Origin: Podarcis bocagei
Taxonomy: Eukaryota
Reading direction: 5' to 3' (one strand)
Length of the DNA: 64,000 nucleotides
Assembly: GCA_964188305.1 (NCBI GenBank)
Contig: OZ076890.1
Notes under the pieces: model-generated
Told to the model about the DNA's origin: nothing
The model's input: the letters and a program-made list of their open reading frames with translations, nothing else
Databases searched by the model: none
Program-made: the position numbers and the translations under genes
In this document: positions 36,834 through 51,242 of the stretch, one piece after another
How the letters are laid out: every line of letters starts with the position of its first letter
Numbering within the stretch: the stretch's first letter is position 1

Positions 36834-38328
36834 CTGCAATGGAAGGGGAGAAATGTACATTGCTTTATTCCATGTAATTCAATTTTGAGCAACTGTAACC
36901 ATTACACAACAAAAACAAATCAACACACCTCTTTTCAGATCACAACACAACAATAGCAGACAAGTTGCAACTGTAGCCCTCCCAAAAAAGAAGCAAAGAA
37001 AGGCTCTGCCAGGATTCACCCTCATCTTGCCAATCTCCCTCAGCTATAGTGGTTCTCAGAGTAGCCCAGGCCAAAATCTGGTCAAATACTGCACCTCCCA
37101 GCTCCCAGTGTTCTGCACTGTTTATCTGGGCTCAACTGAGGATGCTGGTTCTTACTGGAGTATGCATCAGCTGACGGGGGGGGGGGGAATGCTAAAAACA
37201 AGGCAAAATGGAGTGATTCAAATGGAGTCTTTCTTCACCTTATGAGTCAAATTGTGTGGTCAATGACCTAATCCCTGCCAAATCAGATCAGGTCAGCCAC
37301 AATGCCTTGTGTTGCTCTGTTACTCTGCTGTTTTTGTGATTTTCTACTTTTTCCTACATCTCTCTGTTTCTTTAAGTCCAGGAGCTTTTAAAGAAATGAT
37401 TCTCCCTGCAGAGCACCGAAGAGCTCTGGATTGTTGTTGCTGTTCTTGTTTGTTGTTGTTGAAGTACAGCCGTAGAAGGTTTTTTAAAAATAAAAAACCC
37501 CTAAATTGTTCTGCTTTAACAACAACAAATCAGATCTCCTCTAAACTCCACATGAAGTTTTCAATACAAACTTACATTGTAAGGCCTGTTGGAGGAAACA
37601 AACAAGCACCAGGAAGAAAAGGTCAGTGTAAACTACAAAGTATACAAGCACTCATTCACTTCTTAACTATTTTAAGATAAGAAAGAGCAAGAGACAAAAC
37701 CCTGCTACCTCCCCCCCTCCCAATAAGGGATTGTGAATTAAAATGGATTTCTTTTACTTCCTCACAAAAAGCACCTGGACCTATTTGTCTGCACATTGAC
37801 AGGCTTAATTCACTCCAGAGGGGCTCCTGTGCCTATAAGTTTTATCCACTTTGGCCCCAAGGGAAAAACTTATAGCCATTTTTATATTGCCATTTATAGC
37901 AAATGGGAAAACATGGAGCTTTGTTTTATACAGAACAGCTTGGATCCTGAATTGTAGTTCTAAGTGAAGAGAGCATGGAGCATCTCAGAAACAGTTTGGA
38001 TTTTTTTTTTTAAAAAATGCACAAATGCAGATTCAAGGTGCATCTTGGGGGACATGCACACCCTTAGTTCTTACTTTACAGCACTAAAAAGTGTTTGGTC
38101 TGTGTACTTTAAGTACCACTTTCTTTCATATGTTCTCTCCCCTGAAGTGTTTCACTCAATGATTCTTGCTCTGTTTCCTATCCTACTGCCAGCTGAAGTG
38201 CAGCATATAGCTATGAGCAGCAGGGTCTTTTGATTTGTGGCTAACACATTTAGGAATGCAATTACCAGGGTGCCCATCTGGCCTGAGCACTGGGTGGTTA
38301 ACATCTTGTTTTGGAGTTGGCTGAATAT

Positions 38329-38556
38329 TGGGGTGGTATCCAACCAACTTGTTTCATCAGTGCAAGGATTTCCACTTGCACAATGGAAGATTCCCTTCCT
38401 TCCCCTCTCCTCACGCACCCACTTGCACCTGCTGCAAATCTGCTCTGGAGGGTTGCAGGAAAACCCAGAGCAGATTTAGGGTGCACAAGGAAGGGGTGGA
38501 GTTCCATGGCACAAGTAGAAATCCTTGTGCAAATGGAACAAGTTAGCTGGGTACCT
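38329..38556. mobile_element. Foldback MITE with long imperfect inverted arms
   Basis: ggtatccaaccaacttgtttcatcagtgcaaggatttccacttgc vs gcacaagtagaaatccttgtgcaaatggaacaagttagctgggtacc. Confidence 0.65.
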
Positions 38557-41500
38557 CATTAGTTTATGGTCTCTTGCTGCAGGTAATCAACATTTTCTTT
38601 TTCCTGCTGTTTTATTCTATTAAGGTTTTGGTATTCTGTTTGAATTGTTTTATGATCAGCTGGTATGCCATTTATTGCACATTTTAGGATTTCAACATCG
38701 TTCGTTATTGTGTTATTAGCTAATATTCTTTTGGAAAATAAAGCAGGGTAAAAATCTATTAAATTGAAGCAAATGAAAAAATAAATAGTAGATTGCTTCC
38801 CAGTGCCTTTTGATTACTTTCCTCATTGACTACTTTGGGGTTTTCAAATAAAGTTCTTAAGAGGATCTTTTCTTTTAAAAAGTCACCCAAAATTGAAGAA
38901 GGGCCAGGGCTGGGTTCTTGGGTTACTATGATAGGACAACCTACATCTGACACAGTTTTCCTTTCGAATCAGTTCTTAAAGCCATCTCAAATTTGTGCTT
39001 GATGTACCATGAACATTTTGGCCCGTACTCTTCTGCCACAGCATAAAATAATCACTAGAATAAAAGGTCATTTTCAGGATTTGCAAACTTGAGCTTTTTG
39101 CCTTATATGAGAACACCATTTGTGAAAATTACCCAGAATAGGTTATGATTATTATGGTGGACATTAAAAACATGTTTAAGAATGAGCACATCATGCATGC
39201 AGTAAAGAAATAGGTAGAAGTCAGCATTTTCATTCTCTCCCATTGCTCCCAATCACATGTCTGTGTTTACATTCCATGCTTAGAAAGTGTGAGAACAGAA
39301 GCCAGTCCTATCTCTTCCATTGTTTTGTACTTTTGTACTTTTTCTGTGTCTTGGAGAAGATGTGAGAGGACGCCATGATTGCTTTGTCCTGTATATATTG
39401 CCTAATAAATATACCGTAATTTAGATGTCACACCTCATCACCTCAGCTTCCAGCTTTACTCTGCTGTTTGAGTGTGCACATATTTTCGGATATGTGTCGC
39501 TGCTGCAACATTGCTGCTGTGGGACTGAAGAGTTATGAACGTCCTGGGCTGCGCACCACAAGGAAGACACCGGGAGAAGTTTGTCTCAGTTTGGGGGCTG
39601 TGCAGTGCCCCCCCCCGGCTTCCGACAGCATAATGTAATCAGCATGTTGCCTCAGATTATAACATGAAAAAGTTTAATTTTAGAATCAACAGGCTGGCCC
39701 AATAATATTTCTCATATTCTCACATCTCATGTTATTTAGAATTGGAGTCTGTTTTAAAAACTATTACTGAAAGTGCCAATATCCTTTTTATGGTTCATGT
39801 TATTGTATTCAGAGTATCTATAAAAGCAATCTTATCTTTGGGACATCTGTTAAATGTTTAGATTAGAACATTAACATAGCATTTTATTAAACTGCCCCCA
39901 TTAGAATGGCATTGCAGATGCCTTAAAATAGGTTAACATCTGTGGAGGCACCAGCAACTCACTAGGGTATAAAATAAAGATCCATTCAAGCCAACTGGAA
40001 TGTTGCCATTGATTTCAATAGGATGTGGCTTGCATGAGAGTGAAGCAGACACTTTCTGCTTTCAACAGTAGTTCTAATTGTAGCTGTTGAGAGAACTCAA
40101 ACTGAGGAAGACAAGTTGGAAATAATCCATTTTCTGACATTTGGCCATACAATATTAACTGTAAAAGCATACTACAGATCTGGAATGCCAATCTTTAACT
40201 GTATATAACAGCTTCACAAAGTTAATTCAGAAGACTTGCCTTTTCTCTGCTTAGCCTTGAGAGCCTCTAGTCTCTTAGAAGTATTCCCAACTAACACCTG
40301 AAATCTGATCAATTTTTCATTATCCTGGATCCTTATAAACAGTTTTCAGTCAGTCCTGACCCTTCTGCTATTCTATTTCCTATGCCCAGGGCTTGCCAGC
40401 CATAGAGGCAAATTGAGCAGTTGCCTGGATTCAGAAGCAGTCACTGGGTAGAGTGAAGGCTCAAGACTAGCTTTTCAGAGACGTGTCACTAGTGCTGACC
40501 AGGAGGGAGAGGGGCAAGACAACAAGGACACTGGTGCAGTGCGAGTGTAGCAAAGGAGCCGATTTGGCGCTCCTGAAAGTGTATCCACACCACCACACTG
40601 ACCTCCCTGCTGCCTTGCCTGTTGTCCTTCTTGGCAAATGGCTAAAACCCCTCTGCTGGGAAGATAGTGTCGCAGATCAACCCCATGTGATGAGCTGCTT
40701 ATGCAGGGTCTGTCAGCTTTCCAGGGGTGCCTGCCTAGGTTATGTAAATATGTTGGACAGAGAAACAGAAATATTTGTGTGCACTTTTAGAAAACCACCG
40801 AACAGCTGCAGGTGTGAATGAATTTAGGTCCTTCGCTGCTGAACTATCTGTCATCCCTGGCCATTGACCATGCTTGCTGGGGCTGATGGGAGTACAACAA
40901 TATCCGAAGGGCCAAAGGCTCCCCACACTTGTTCTAGGGGATGCAGTCCAGAGACTTTGAATCTCCACTGGCTGCCTGGGGCAGACACAGTTGCAAAGGA
41001 CCAGAAATAAATAAGGGGCAAAAATTAAACATTAACCTGTCACAATGGTCACTTGATGTGTTACTGCTATGCTGTTTAATGTGCTTCATTCACCTAGGAC
41101 AACATAATGTATCGGTGCAGGATAGTGCATGCCTGTAAATAGGAATTTCATGAGACTGAGAGTGAGGCCACTTGCATAAGCTTTGATACCTTAGATAAGC
41201 ATCAAGCACTTGTGGGTAAGACTAAGGTGAGCAGAGGAGTTGTAATAAAAGGTCTTGACTTGGAATCAGCTGCTGCATGCCTCATTCTCCAGATGTTTAC
41301 CATGGGGCAGAACAAGACAAGGGAAAGCCAGATCCAGGTCCTGGTGTAGCATCTTTTTCTCACCAGAATATTTAGTAATAAATTGATGCTCAATGCATCA
41401 TTTTTGCTGAGAAGAAAACATCAGATTTATAGTCTTCAAAATGGAAGTTATGTGTGAAGCATCTCTATCCTGCCACTGGGATCTTGGGACTTGTCTTCAC

Positions 41501-41944
41501 AGTTCCCACCGGGAAAATATATTCCACCAAGGCCTGGAATTACCGCACCTGCCTATGCCACCTTCCTCTGCTCCAGGCATTCAGCGATGAGAAGTGGCTA
41601 ATTTGCAAGTGCCTTGTGAACACTTGAGCCTTTGTGAACATTTGATTGGAACTCTTAAATAGATTCAGGACAGATAACAGGATATTCGCACCTCACTACC
41701 CAGAAGAGGCTTTTCCATCTTCTTCAAGTCTCCCTCTTTCAACTTTCGGATTCCTATTCACAAGTAACTTCTTCACCAAAATCTTTTCTGAACCACTGTA
41801 GCTTCCTCGTTTCTGCAGCATAGGCCACCTATTACTTCTCTGTCAGCCCATTTTACTGTCCTTTATTTCACCCTGTCCTCTTCCTCACTTTTGCCTTGTA
41901 CATCTTACTGCATACCTACTGTATAAGCCAATATACCTACTGTA

Positions 41945-42288
41945 AAGGTAAAGGTACCCCTGCCCGTACGGGCCAGTCGTGTCCGACTCTAGGGTTGTGC
42001 GCCCATCTCACTTAAGAGGCCGGGGGCCAGCGCTGTCCGGAGACACTTCCGGGTCACGTGGCCAGCGTGACGAAGCTGCTCTGGCGAGCCAGCACCAGCA
42101 CAGCACACGGAAACACTGTTTACCTTCCCGCTAGAAAGCGGTACCTATTTATCTACTTGCACTTAAGGGTGCTTTCGAACTGCTAGGTGGGCAGGAGCTG
42201 GGAACGAAGACGGGAGCTCACCCCGCCGCGGGGATTCGAACCACCGACCATGCGATCGGAAAGCCCTAGGCGCTGAGGTTTTACCCTC
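41945..42288 (-). mobile_element. Sauria SINE, near full length, CpG-rich (young)
   Basis: On the minus strand: tRNA-like B box ggttcgaatccc, body gagctcccgt...ctagcagttcgaaagca, tail (ACCTTT)n; 12-bp TSD atacctactgta. Confidence 0.92.
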
Positions 42289-45152
42289 ATACCTACTGTA
42301 TTAAAACCAATTTAACTATGCTTTTTTTACCCAGAGAAACCTTTGTAATTGTAGTTGAATAAAAGAGCTATGGCTCTCCAACACAGTAAAGGGCTAAAGA
42401 ATTTCTTTCAGAAAACCAAGTGTTTGGTTGCTGCAAACAGATTTTGCATATGTAATGTACTTATAGGCCTGTAGATTCTAACTTCTCAGAACAGGCTCTT
42501 TGTCACTTCTGTGTCCTACATAGCACCTAATATGACTTCATATTAATGTGTGGTAATGGCAGTAACAAAGGCAGTTCAAATTTCCTGATGTTTCATAGGC
42601 ATGGGACACACACACACATTTTATTATCTATTCCCCACAATTTTAACAACATATTGCAGAATTTGAAAACCAACACAATGACAAAAAATAATATATGCCC
42701 AGCTACTAGTTTAATAAGTTTATCTGATGTACTACTATGGTAGAAGAAGTTGAATAAAGAGCATTCACTGAGGTTATTCACTGGTGTTTTTCTTCTAAAT
42801 TATTTATATGAAAACAAACATCACTTGCTTTATTATAGTGTACTGGATGATTGCTGAAAAGCTTTTCATGGATAGTAGTTTGCATATGTTACTAGAAAAA
42901 ATATAGAGCAGGGATAGAAAAGAAGATATTATCTAATAAATTTCACAATTGGTTTCTCCTTTTAAAGAGAAAATAATTAATCAAGAAAATGAGATTGTAT
43001 TTGTGTTGCAAAATATAAGCCACTTTCATCTGTATCCGACAATGCAGCCTAGGAAATATTATCTTAAAAAGTGATAAATTCAGCAAAAAAGAATCATGTT
43101 GCAACAGAATAATTCAAAAGAGCATTCAGTATTTTTAACAAAAACTATTGCTGCAAAGTATAATGCTTCAAACTGCTTGAGGCCTAAAGTATAAATTGCA
43201 CTGCTAGCAATAATGTGACACAATATTTTTAATTTTCCTACACAATGTTTGTACAAAATATCCTTACCACAGCATTCTGTGTTATGTTATATATGAGCCA
43301 TTATTAAGAAGCAGAATACTATTAAAATGTATACAAAGGATCAGATTCAGAGCTGCTCTTCCGTGAAAAATGTTTCCTACTTGCAAAAGGGAGACTGAGA
43401 TCCAATGGAGGATCTCACTGGAGGAAGGAGGCAATTTCTGACTTCCATTCTCTCTGCAGCTCCCACCCACATGCCACCTCAGCTCCTCCACACCTCCAGA
43501 ACAGTTTGGGGAGATACAGATAGCTACAATGGAAGGAGGAATCAGTGAAAAATCATGCTTCCCCTTATTCTCCAATGAAAGTGTTCCATGAGCAGTGTCC
43601 TACTCACAAGAACTTTAATGCAAATCAAAAATGTTAAAAATATGTATGTTCTTCAAACTTCTGAAAACAAAAAAAATGAAAGAAAGTAAAATATTAACAT
43701 TTTGGTTACATGTTTTATATGCTCTTTTTGACTGATACAGGGTTTTCTAGAAGTACACTCTGGTAGATGAGTTCATAGCTATATATGAAGCACAACTGAT
43801 AGAAAATTTATGCCTTCTCAGCAAACCAGTCCCCAATTCCAGTTTCAGCTTCTCAGTACATTTTCACAGACCAAAAAAAGATTAAATTGACTGTTCAATA
43901 ACTAGCATGAAAACGACAGGGTGGGGTGAGGGGGGAAATCTACTTGATTATATTCTAACATGGAGCCTTCATAATTCTCAAATTTTCTAAATCATACTTA
44001 GGAAATAAGTCATGATAATTACCCTGTGTGTAGTTGTCCAATGAAAATGGTTACTAACTTTTAGAACGCTAATCTGATGCAAAAACAGGGCACAAGGTAT
44101 GTCAGTGAAATAGTCACCAACACATATATTTTAGGATTGCCAGTAGATGCCAGTTTGAAGCCTCATTTTGGTGTCAAGATTATAGCCTTCATTTAAATTT
44201 TGGAAACAGGAAATGAGAAAAATCGACTGCTATAGCTTCAGAATTATGAAGGAAAACTTTACACACCTTTTCAAAATGATGCACTTGCTTTTCTGATGGC
44301 AAAAATTGATTGTTTTAAATGTGCAATATAAGCTACATTGCCTATTAGTGAGCATAGCTTTATTGTTTGAAACATGCAGTTCCTAGCATATGAGTTTCCT
44401 CAGGCATGGATCAGTCAGCACATCTGCAACAGCCACTAGAAGGAGCTAGTATTATGTAAAAGTTTAAAAGTATGATTTTTCTTTCGAGAACATGAGATGC
44501 ACTTCAAAGAACACAGAATGGCAACACTTTTGTTTTCTTCCTAACCATATACATAAAGCAAAATGTTGTACTTTAACATTCAAATATCTTTATTAACTTC
44601 TCAACAATTGAAAAACAGTATTTCAAAAGTACAAGCATTTAGTGAAACTTTATAAAGCTATCACAAGAATTCAGACTAACCACAAGCTTAGTCCCAACAT
44701 ATATCAACATCTGCAAAAGCCTCATCCTTTCTCCTGCTTGCTAACACTTTCCCTTACAAACAGGAACCAGCTTTGTTTCTCTAATTTACCTACACTATCA
44801 ATAAAACACTCTTGCATATTCCACAGAACACAGTAGGTAAATGCGCATAATGTATTGTAATTTACACTACAAACAAGATTTAGACTCATAATGCGGTTTC
44901 AAGGGGGCATCACATTCTGTAACCAATAAAGGTGTGGCCTAAATTTGCCCATTAACATAAACCTTAAATTCTGTGTCTTTGTGTCTTTATTCTCCCGGGG
45001 GCCTTGACATACAAGTGAAAATCCTTGTGTTGATGGGATGTGTATTATTTTGGATACAACCCATTTTCACATGCACACACGTCAAATTAAATGTCTGCTT
45101 TGTTTCACAGATTTTTGAGAGGCAATGAGATATAAATAACAGTAACACTTAC

Positions 45153-45333
45153 TTCTTTGTAGATGCTTTTCTCTAGCTCTCACATCATCATAAACTTGAT
45201 TGAAGTGGTTGGTAAAAGCAACAAGATCTGCTTCTAGAAACATTGGACCTTGTTGTTTCTCTTTTAATGCTTTGCTTTGAACCTTTAGTTTTTCTATCTG
45301 AGGCTGAAGGGTTGATAAGTGGATGACTTCATC
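45153..45333 (-). CDS. DMD: Dystrophin exon 21 (181 nt; not in ORF track)
   Basis: tatacag|GAT GAA GTC; DEVIHLSTLQPQIEKLKVQSKALKEKQQGPMFLEADLVAFTNHFNQVYDDVRAREKHLQR; A|gtaagt. Confidence 0.96.
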
Positions 45334-45737
45334 CTGTATAATAATATATAAATATATTTTTAAAATAAGAAAGCATTAATTTATTTTTATTTCAAGAAGT
45401 TATATACCACTTCACATCTGTATATGGTGTACAGTAACAAGAAAAAGATGCGATAAAAATAAAACCACTTAAAACTACCCATAAAATGCCTGCTGAAGTC
45501 TATATTTCTCTCATTCAAAAACATTTTTGTCATTGGAAGCTCAGATGGCATCAATGGCTAGGCGTGTTTTTTACCAGCTACAACTGGTATGCCAACTACA
45601 GCCATTCTTGGACAAAGATAGCAAAGACTTGTTTATTGCAATGTTCTCTGTTCTCTGGGCAGGCAGAGTAGTTTAACAGTCAAACCCTCTTCTCAGGGAA
45701 CTCTGGAATTGTACCTCTGTGATGGGAATAGGGAGCC

Positions 45738-45846
45738 TAGGACTTGCCAATCAGAAGGTCGGCGGTTCGAATCCCCGCGACGGGGTGAGCTCCCGTTGCT
45801 CGTCCCCTGCTCCTGCCAACCTAGCAGTTCAAAGGCATGTCAAAGT
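45738..45846 (+). mobile_element. Sauria SINE 5' fragment
   Basis: ggacttgccaatcagaaggtcggcggttcgaatccccgcgacggggtgagctcccgttgc...ctagcagttc. Confidence 0.85.
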
Positions 45847-46735
45847 CACCTGCGATCCACCCATAGACATTGAAGATAGAATTGTAATATTTACCTAGTG
45901 TAGACAATTTCAATTTGCACTTTTTTAAAAAATGCATAAAACATATCACTTTCCCTTTCCCTGTATTTTCAATCCCTTATGCATCATTCAAGAGTCTCCA
46001 GTGTCCATTGTGAGATGCTCTAGGTATCTGTCAAAGCCACCTTGATCTCCTTTAGCAGGAAAATGGTAGGCGTGCCTCTGTTTGCCATAGTTTCTCATTC
46101 GTAACATGCTTATTACTTCTCACTCCTTCGCCTTCCCCATTTAACTTGCATTCTCAGCAGAAGATCAAGAAAGGCACATATTAAAATGCAATATGGAACT
46201 GAATTTTTTCATTGGCTTTTGTGTGCCGTGGTTGGAGGTCATGCACGACAGTTGCTGCTGCCCTTCACTATTGCTGAATGGTCATTACTAAGGGAAGTAT
46301 GAAAAAAGAGAATTGTGGAATAGTCTATATGGGGCAGATCTCATGGGATCACACTGTACATACATGAGGCCAGCATAAGACCTGTAGGAATGCTGTGCTC
46401 ATGTGAAAGTTTGTGTACAATTTGACGCTCTAATTTTCATGATGGAAGCATGGAAATGGGGCAATCCATATAGAACATTTGTGTGGAGCACCACCTGTTC
46501 AAATAAAATACATTGCACAATTATGCCAACACAGCCCAGTGACAAGCTGAAAATGCCTATATGTGAGCAGGCCCTGTTTCTTGATCCTCTTATAGGACTG
46601 CCAACATAGCTGAACAGTAAAATACAAATATCCTTTTCCCCACTCTGCAGAAAAAAACCTGATTGTTAGACCTAAAGGAGATGCAGCAATATGTATGCAG
46701 CACAATACTGCAAAAACCAGGACAGAATTTCTAAC

Positions 46736-46977
46736 CTTGCACTTATCTAGCTGTGTTTTCACTGCACCAGGATCTGCTGTTGGTGTGGGTTGTGCTTTCA
46801 GCCAGTTTTCAGCAGTAATTACTGTCTGCTCCAATTGCTGCAGCTGGGAGTAGAAGGCAATGATGTTATTTTGGTACTCCAGCCATGCTAGTCTTTCACT
46901 CAGCAACTGACAGAACTCAATCCAGCGATTGTTCAATTGCTCTGAGGCTTGTTTGATGTTGTCAGCATTAAGCCCCT
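46736..46977 (-). CDS. DMD: Dystrophin exon 20 (242 nt)
   Basis: ctttctag|AG GGG CTT AAT; GLNADNIKQASEQLNNRWIEFCQLLSERLAWLEYQNNII...KTQLDKCK; AAG|gttaga. Confidence 0.97.
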
Positions 46978-47948
46978 CTAGAAAGGAAGGAAGGAAAGAT
47001 TTGGGGGAGGGGGGGAGAGAGAGAGATAAGTTTAAAACGTTTATTTTTAGGTCACAGTGGATAAAAAAAGAAGAAATTTAACAACCCTATTTCTCTATCA
47101 GAAATCTCATGAAACCGACAAATGATTTATCATCAAAGAAATGATCCTGAACATACAGATGTTGTGCGTTAGTGGAGAGAGGATTTTAATGCCCCTGTAA
47201 AAGTCTAGGAAAGTATTATTGCTAAGATGAACTGCACTGCAAAAATGAAGCATTAGGATAAGATAATGTAGAACTAATGAAATCAATTGTGTGAAATGGG
47301 AAGTTACACAGAAAAAGAAGACAATTTTTTCCACTGGACAGCAAATGTAAACTAGCACAGTATGTATTCACACATGTACTAGGAACAGGGTGAATATTGC
47401 CAAAGCCCTACATATACTACATAGAAAAACATTATTATGACTATTTTGGAAGTTCAATACACCAAGTAATTGCCCCAGATAACAGAGATACCATTTGCTA
47501 ATTTACATCCTCACAGATTACAAATCAAAAGGGTCAGAGAAAGGACAGCAAGCAGGAAACACAGAGTACAAAGAGCCCACAGAGCAAATGCCAGACCATC
47601 CCAAATCACAGGATGCCAACAAGGAAGAGAATGATGAACAGCATTTGCCGGAGCAAATGTTAACACAATATAATATCAAAGGCAGTAATGGTGGGGAAAT
47701 CCTAGCACTGTACATTTGGAAGTCTTTGATTACTGAATCGTATATAAAACATTTTTTAAACCCTAATCATTATTTTGCTACATTCTCAGTAAAACTGTCC
47801 AGTTGGGAACACACCTATGGGTAGTAAAGGTTCCCATGATCCCCTCTTCCTGATTAGCCACATAAAATGTCATATCCTGGTTCCCTTATCATATCCCAAA
47901 AGAGGGGAAGGCGGGGCTCGTCAACCTGGGGAGATAGCTTATCTAGGT

Positions 47949-48071
47949 TAAGGTTACCAGATTTTTTTCAATGAATCCGGGGACACTTTTCAACTTCAAT
48001 GGATTTTGTATGGGGACTGATTTGGAAATCCGGGGACTGTCCCCGGGAAAAGGGGACGTCTGGTAACCTTA
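47949..48071. mobile_element. hAT (Blackjack-like) MITE
   Basis: Perfect TIR taaggttaccaga / tctggtaacctta; ggggac subterminal repeats; perfect 8-bp TSD atctaggt. Confidence 0.88.
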
Positions 48072-48239
48072 ATCTAGGTGAAGAAGAACTCTGATCCTAA
48101 ACCTAAACTGGGATTCTGTGAAAGTGAAATGAAATGCTGCAGCAGTCCTTCTGGCGCCATGCAGGCAAAGGGGAGGGGAGCCAGCATTATATAAGGCTGA
48201 AGTTTTGCTCATGCTCTTGTTTGCTAATGCACATATCAC

Positions 48240-48335
48240 TAAGCCGTACAAAAAGAGCCTGCTGGATCAGGCCAATGGCCCATCTAGTCCAGCATCCTGT
48301 TCTCACACTGGCCAACAAGATGCCACCTGGAATTC
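48240..48335 (-). mobile_element. CR1-type LINE 3' UTR fragment
   Basis: aagagcctgctggatcaggccaatggcccatctagtccagcatcctgttctcaca, reverse complement of the family at 10130-10188. Confidence 0.7.
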
Positions 48336-49751
48336 AGAAGCATACTGCCTAAGACTGTTAGTATTATGTGCAAACAAGTCCTACATCTTCTAAATAATCT
48401 CATCACATGGCTTAAGCCTTCTGCTTCCTTAAGGGCAAATTAAGGATACAATCCTTAATTGAATTCAATGAGACTTAGGCCTTATCTGAAAATCAAGTAA
48501 AATATTTTTTAAAAATTAATCCAAGGTGTAGGGCCCTCTGATTTCCACTGGGACTGTAGCATGCAGTCCTTACCATCCCAAACATGGCCGCCAATGGAAA
48601 TCATGTCCTGGTGCTGCAGTTTACTTTTGGGAGAGGGGGATGCTTCCATTGGCACCTGAGATTTTCTTTTCTTTTACTAATGGCAATTTTCAGCAGGATC
48701 TCAGATGACAAAGGATCAAACTCCTCTGCTTGTACACTGTAGTCTTGAGGGAAATTGGGAAACCCATAACTAGGATTTTTAAATTATTATTTTTAAAAAA
48801 CCTAATATGGCTGCAAGCCAGGTATTTGGCATAACATATAATTAAGCCCTTACTTTTGAATAGGCGTGCATAGGATTGCTCTGGAAGGATGAGTGTAATA
48901 ACTTTAAATATTGGGCGTGTGTGTGCAAATTTAAGATGATTTAATTGAGTATAATGGTTTAATTTCATGGTTTATTGGAAGTTATATTACATAACAGAGT
49001 TGCTTTGCACTAACCACTAGTCCTTCTTGAATACATAATTTTTTGGGGGAAACGTTGCCACTGTTGTTAAGCAGGTACATAACTCTTTCCATCAACATCA
49101 GGCATGATGAATAATACAATACCAATTCTGTGGTAATATATTATAATTTCAAGGTTAATGGCTCATAAATCGTTTCACATTTTATATTCAGAACAACCCC
49201 TGATATCGGCAGTGAATAAATACATTGTCCCCAAAGGACATAGAGATCAGTACCTGAAGTGCCTTCATTAATTTTATTACCTTGTGTACTGTGCATATCA
49301 AATTGTGTTAAAATAATTTTAATTGTTCAGCACCTTATATACAAAGTCTTCTGAAATGCCACTTAATGTGAAGCATACCTTGTCAAATGCGTTCATCATT
49401 AGCCATAGTTTCAATGTAGAGCAATAAGTTTTAGCTCTCGACTTCCAAGGATGCTTGGAATGAATATACCAGATTTCATCCTCATTATGTGTCATATCAT
49501 TACAAATTCACTTTGTACTCATTTTGATGCCTCCTAACATTATATATTCAGTGAGCATCTATTTCAGTACAACAAGAACTTTGTTCTAATCTGTCATAAC
49601 AACCAATCATCCATTCATATCTCTACAAACTGCTACACTGGTATCAGGATGGAAGGTACTTCAACAATACTCACACATAAAGTCTTGTTGATGTTTTCAA
49701 TGAGAAAACTTTCAACTGTAAATGTTTCCCAGACAGCTGGCATAACAGAGA

Positions 49752-49918
49752 AGGAGCTATAGCACAAAATCACAATGTGTGTTTTACATGCAGAAGGCTC
49801 TGGGTTCAATCCCCAGCATCTCGATTTAGCTCTATCAGATAGCAGGTGATGTGAAAGAGCCACTGGTGGTCAGAGAAGATAACACTGGGCTACACAGTAC
49901 AAGGCAGCTTTGTATGCT
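49752..49918 (+). mobile_element. Degenerate tRNA-derived squamate SINE
   Basis: catgcagaaggctctgggttcaatccccagcatctc (B-box region) ... aaggcagctt; related fragment near 13008-13115. Confidence 0.6.
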
Positions 49919-51242
49919 GCTAAGCCAATCAATTATTTTGTCTTAACAGCAGGACACTTAGCAGAAGCTAAGGCAACAATTGGTGCTTGGTTCTCAGCAT
50001 TACCACACATGCACTACTCAGAGCTAGCCCTACCATTGGGCAGACTGAGGCAACTATTCCAGGCAGAAGATATTGAGGGATAGGATGACAGTGAGGGCAG
50101 CCCACTTAGGACCCCTCCTGAGTGCACTGGCCACACCCAGAAATAGGAAGGTCACCCAGAAAAATGATGGGGGGGGGGCATTTTCCCAATTTTCTCTCTT
50201 TTTGTGTGGTGTGTGTGTGTGTGTGCTGGGCCATCATATCTCTATATCCATACCGCTCTATGGTAGGGCACAGCTGTGCTACACAGCGTATTCCAGGCCC
50301 TCTAAATGTGCAATGAAAGATGCTATCCTGCCAGTCTGTTTCTGTATGTAGAAGTGTAAAAGACCTAGAAATCTACTCCAAGATACAACAGTTAGATCTG
50401 TACTCTTTGCACTCTGTTATTTAGTGTATAAGAACAGCCCAGGTATTTAATAAATTAGATTTTCTTTTTTTAAAAATCCAATTCACAATCAAAGGGGAAC
50501 AATACACAAAGAAACAGGCCAGAAAGGGTTTAAGCAAGCAAATTATATGGTAACTGCCCATCCAGAGAAACTGATCTTTGAATTATATATTTAATGGGAA
50601 GCAAAATGCACAGAGATGGCAAATAGGATTGTAAAAACTGATCTTGAAAATATTGTTGGTGGTAGATGTACAGACTGAAAGAAGAGACAGATAAAGTAAA
50701 AAAGGTAGGTTGGCAGGCAGGAACAAGAGGATACAAACACTTAAAGGAAAGAAGAAAAGCATATTATTATGGAGTAAAGAAGACAAGTTGAAGAAACTAG
50801 AGGAAAGCCATGTGATCAAAGTGACACACACTAAAAATAAGGTCCAATCCTTTTCAGATAATTTAAATAACCTCTAGTTTCCTCAAGTTTTAAGATGATA
50901 AACAAATTCAGTTCCAAAGCGTAAGACCAAAAAATGGGAATGTGAACTGAATTAATATATGAGGATTGAGAGCAGCTTGCTAATAGCCTGGACCCTTTTT
51001 TTGGGGGGGGGGGGAGAAATAATTTTGAACTATGTCTCAGCACATGGTGCTAAATTTCAAGTGTTTCTCCTTTTCTAATTAAAAGATATCATTCAAAAGA
51101 AACATACGAAAAATACAAACTTACTTTACTTAACTGTTCCTTCACAAAGAGCTTTGCTAATATAATTCATGTGAAAAATATGAACTTGTGTGTTTTATCA
51201 AATCCCTAAGAAGATTATCTAAATCAACTGCCATGTAATTAC

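Noticed and set aside
39170-39628. Solo LTR (AATAAA near 39404, ends in ...ttccgaca)
   Set aside because: No matching TG start or TSD identified; the same applies to a candidate at 16339-17107.
47495-47824. 109-aa charged ORF on the plus strand
   Set aside because: A/G-rich low-complexity sequence with a non-ATG start, no splice support and no recognisable domain.
51157-51242. In-frame read-through of exon 19 into the intron as an alternative C-terminus
   Set aside because: The recalled human sequence differs by an indel and stops almost immediately, so conservation looks non-coding; no evidence of a terminal exon.
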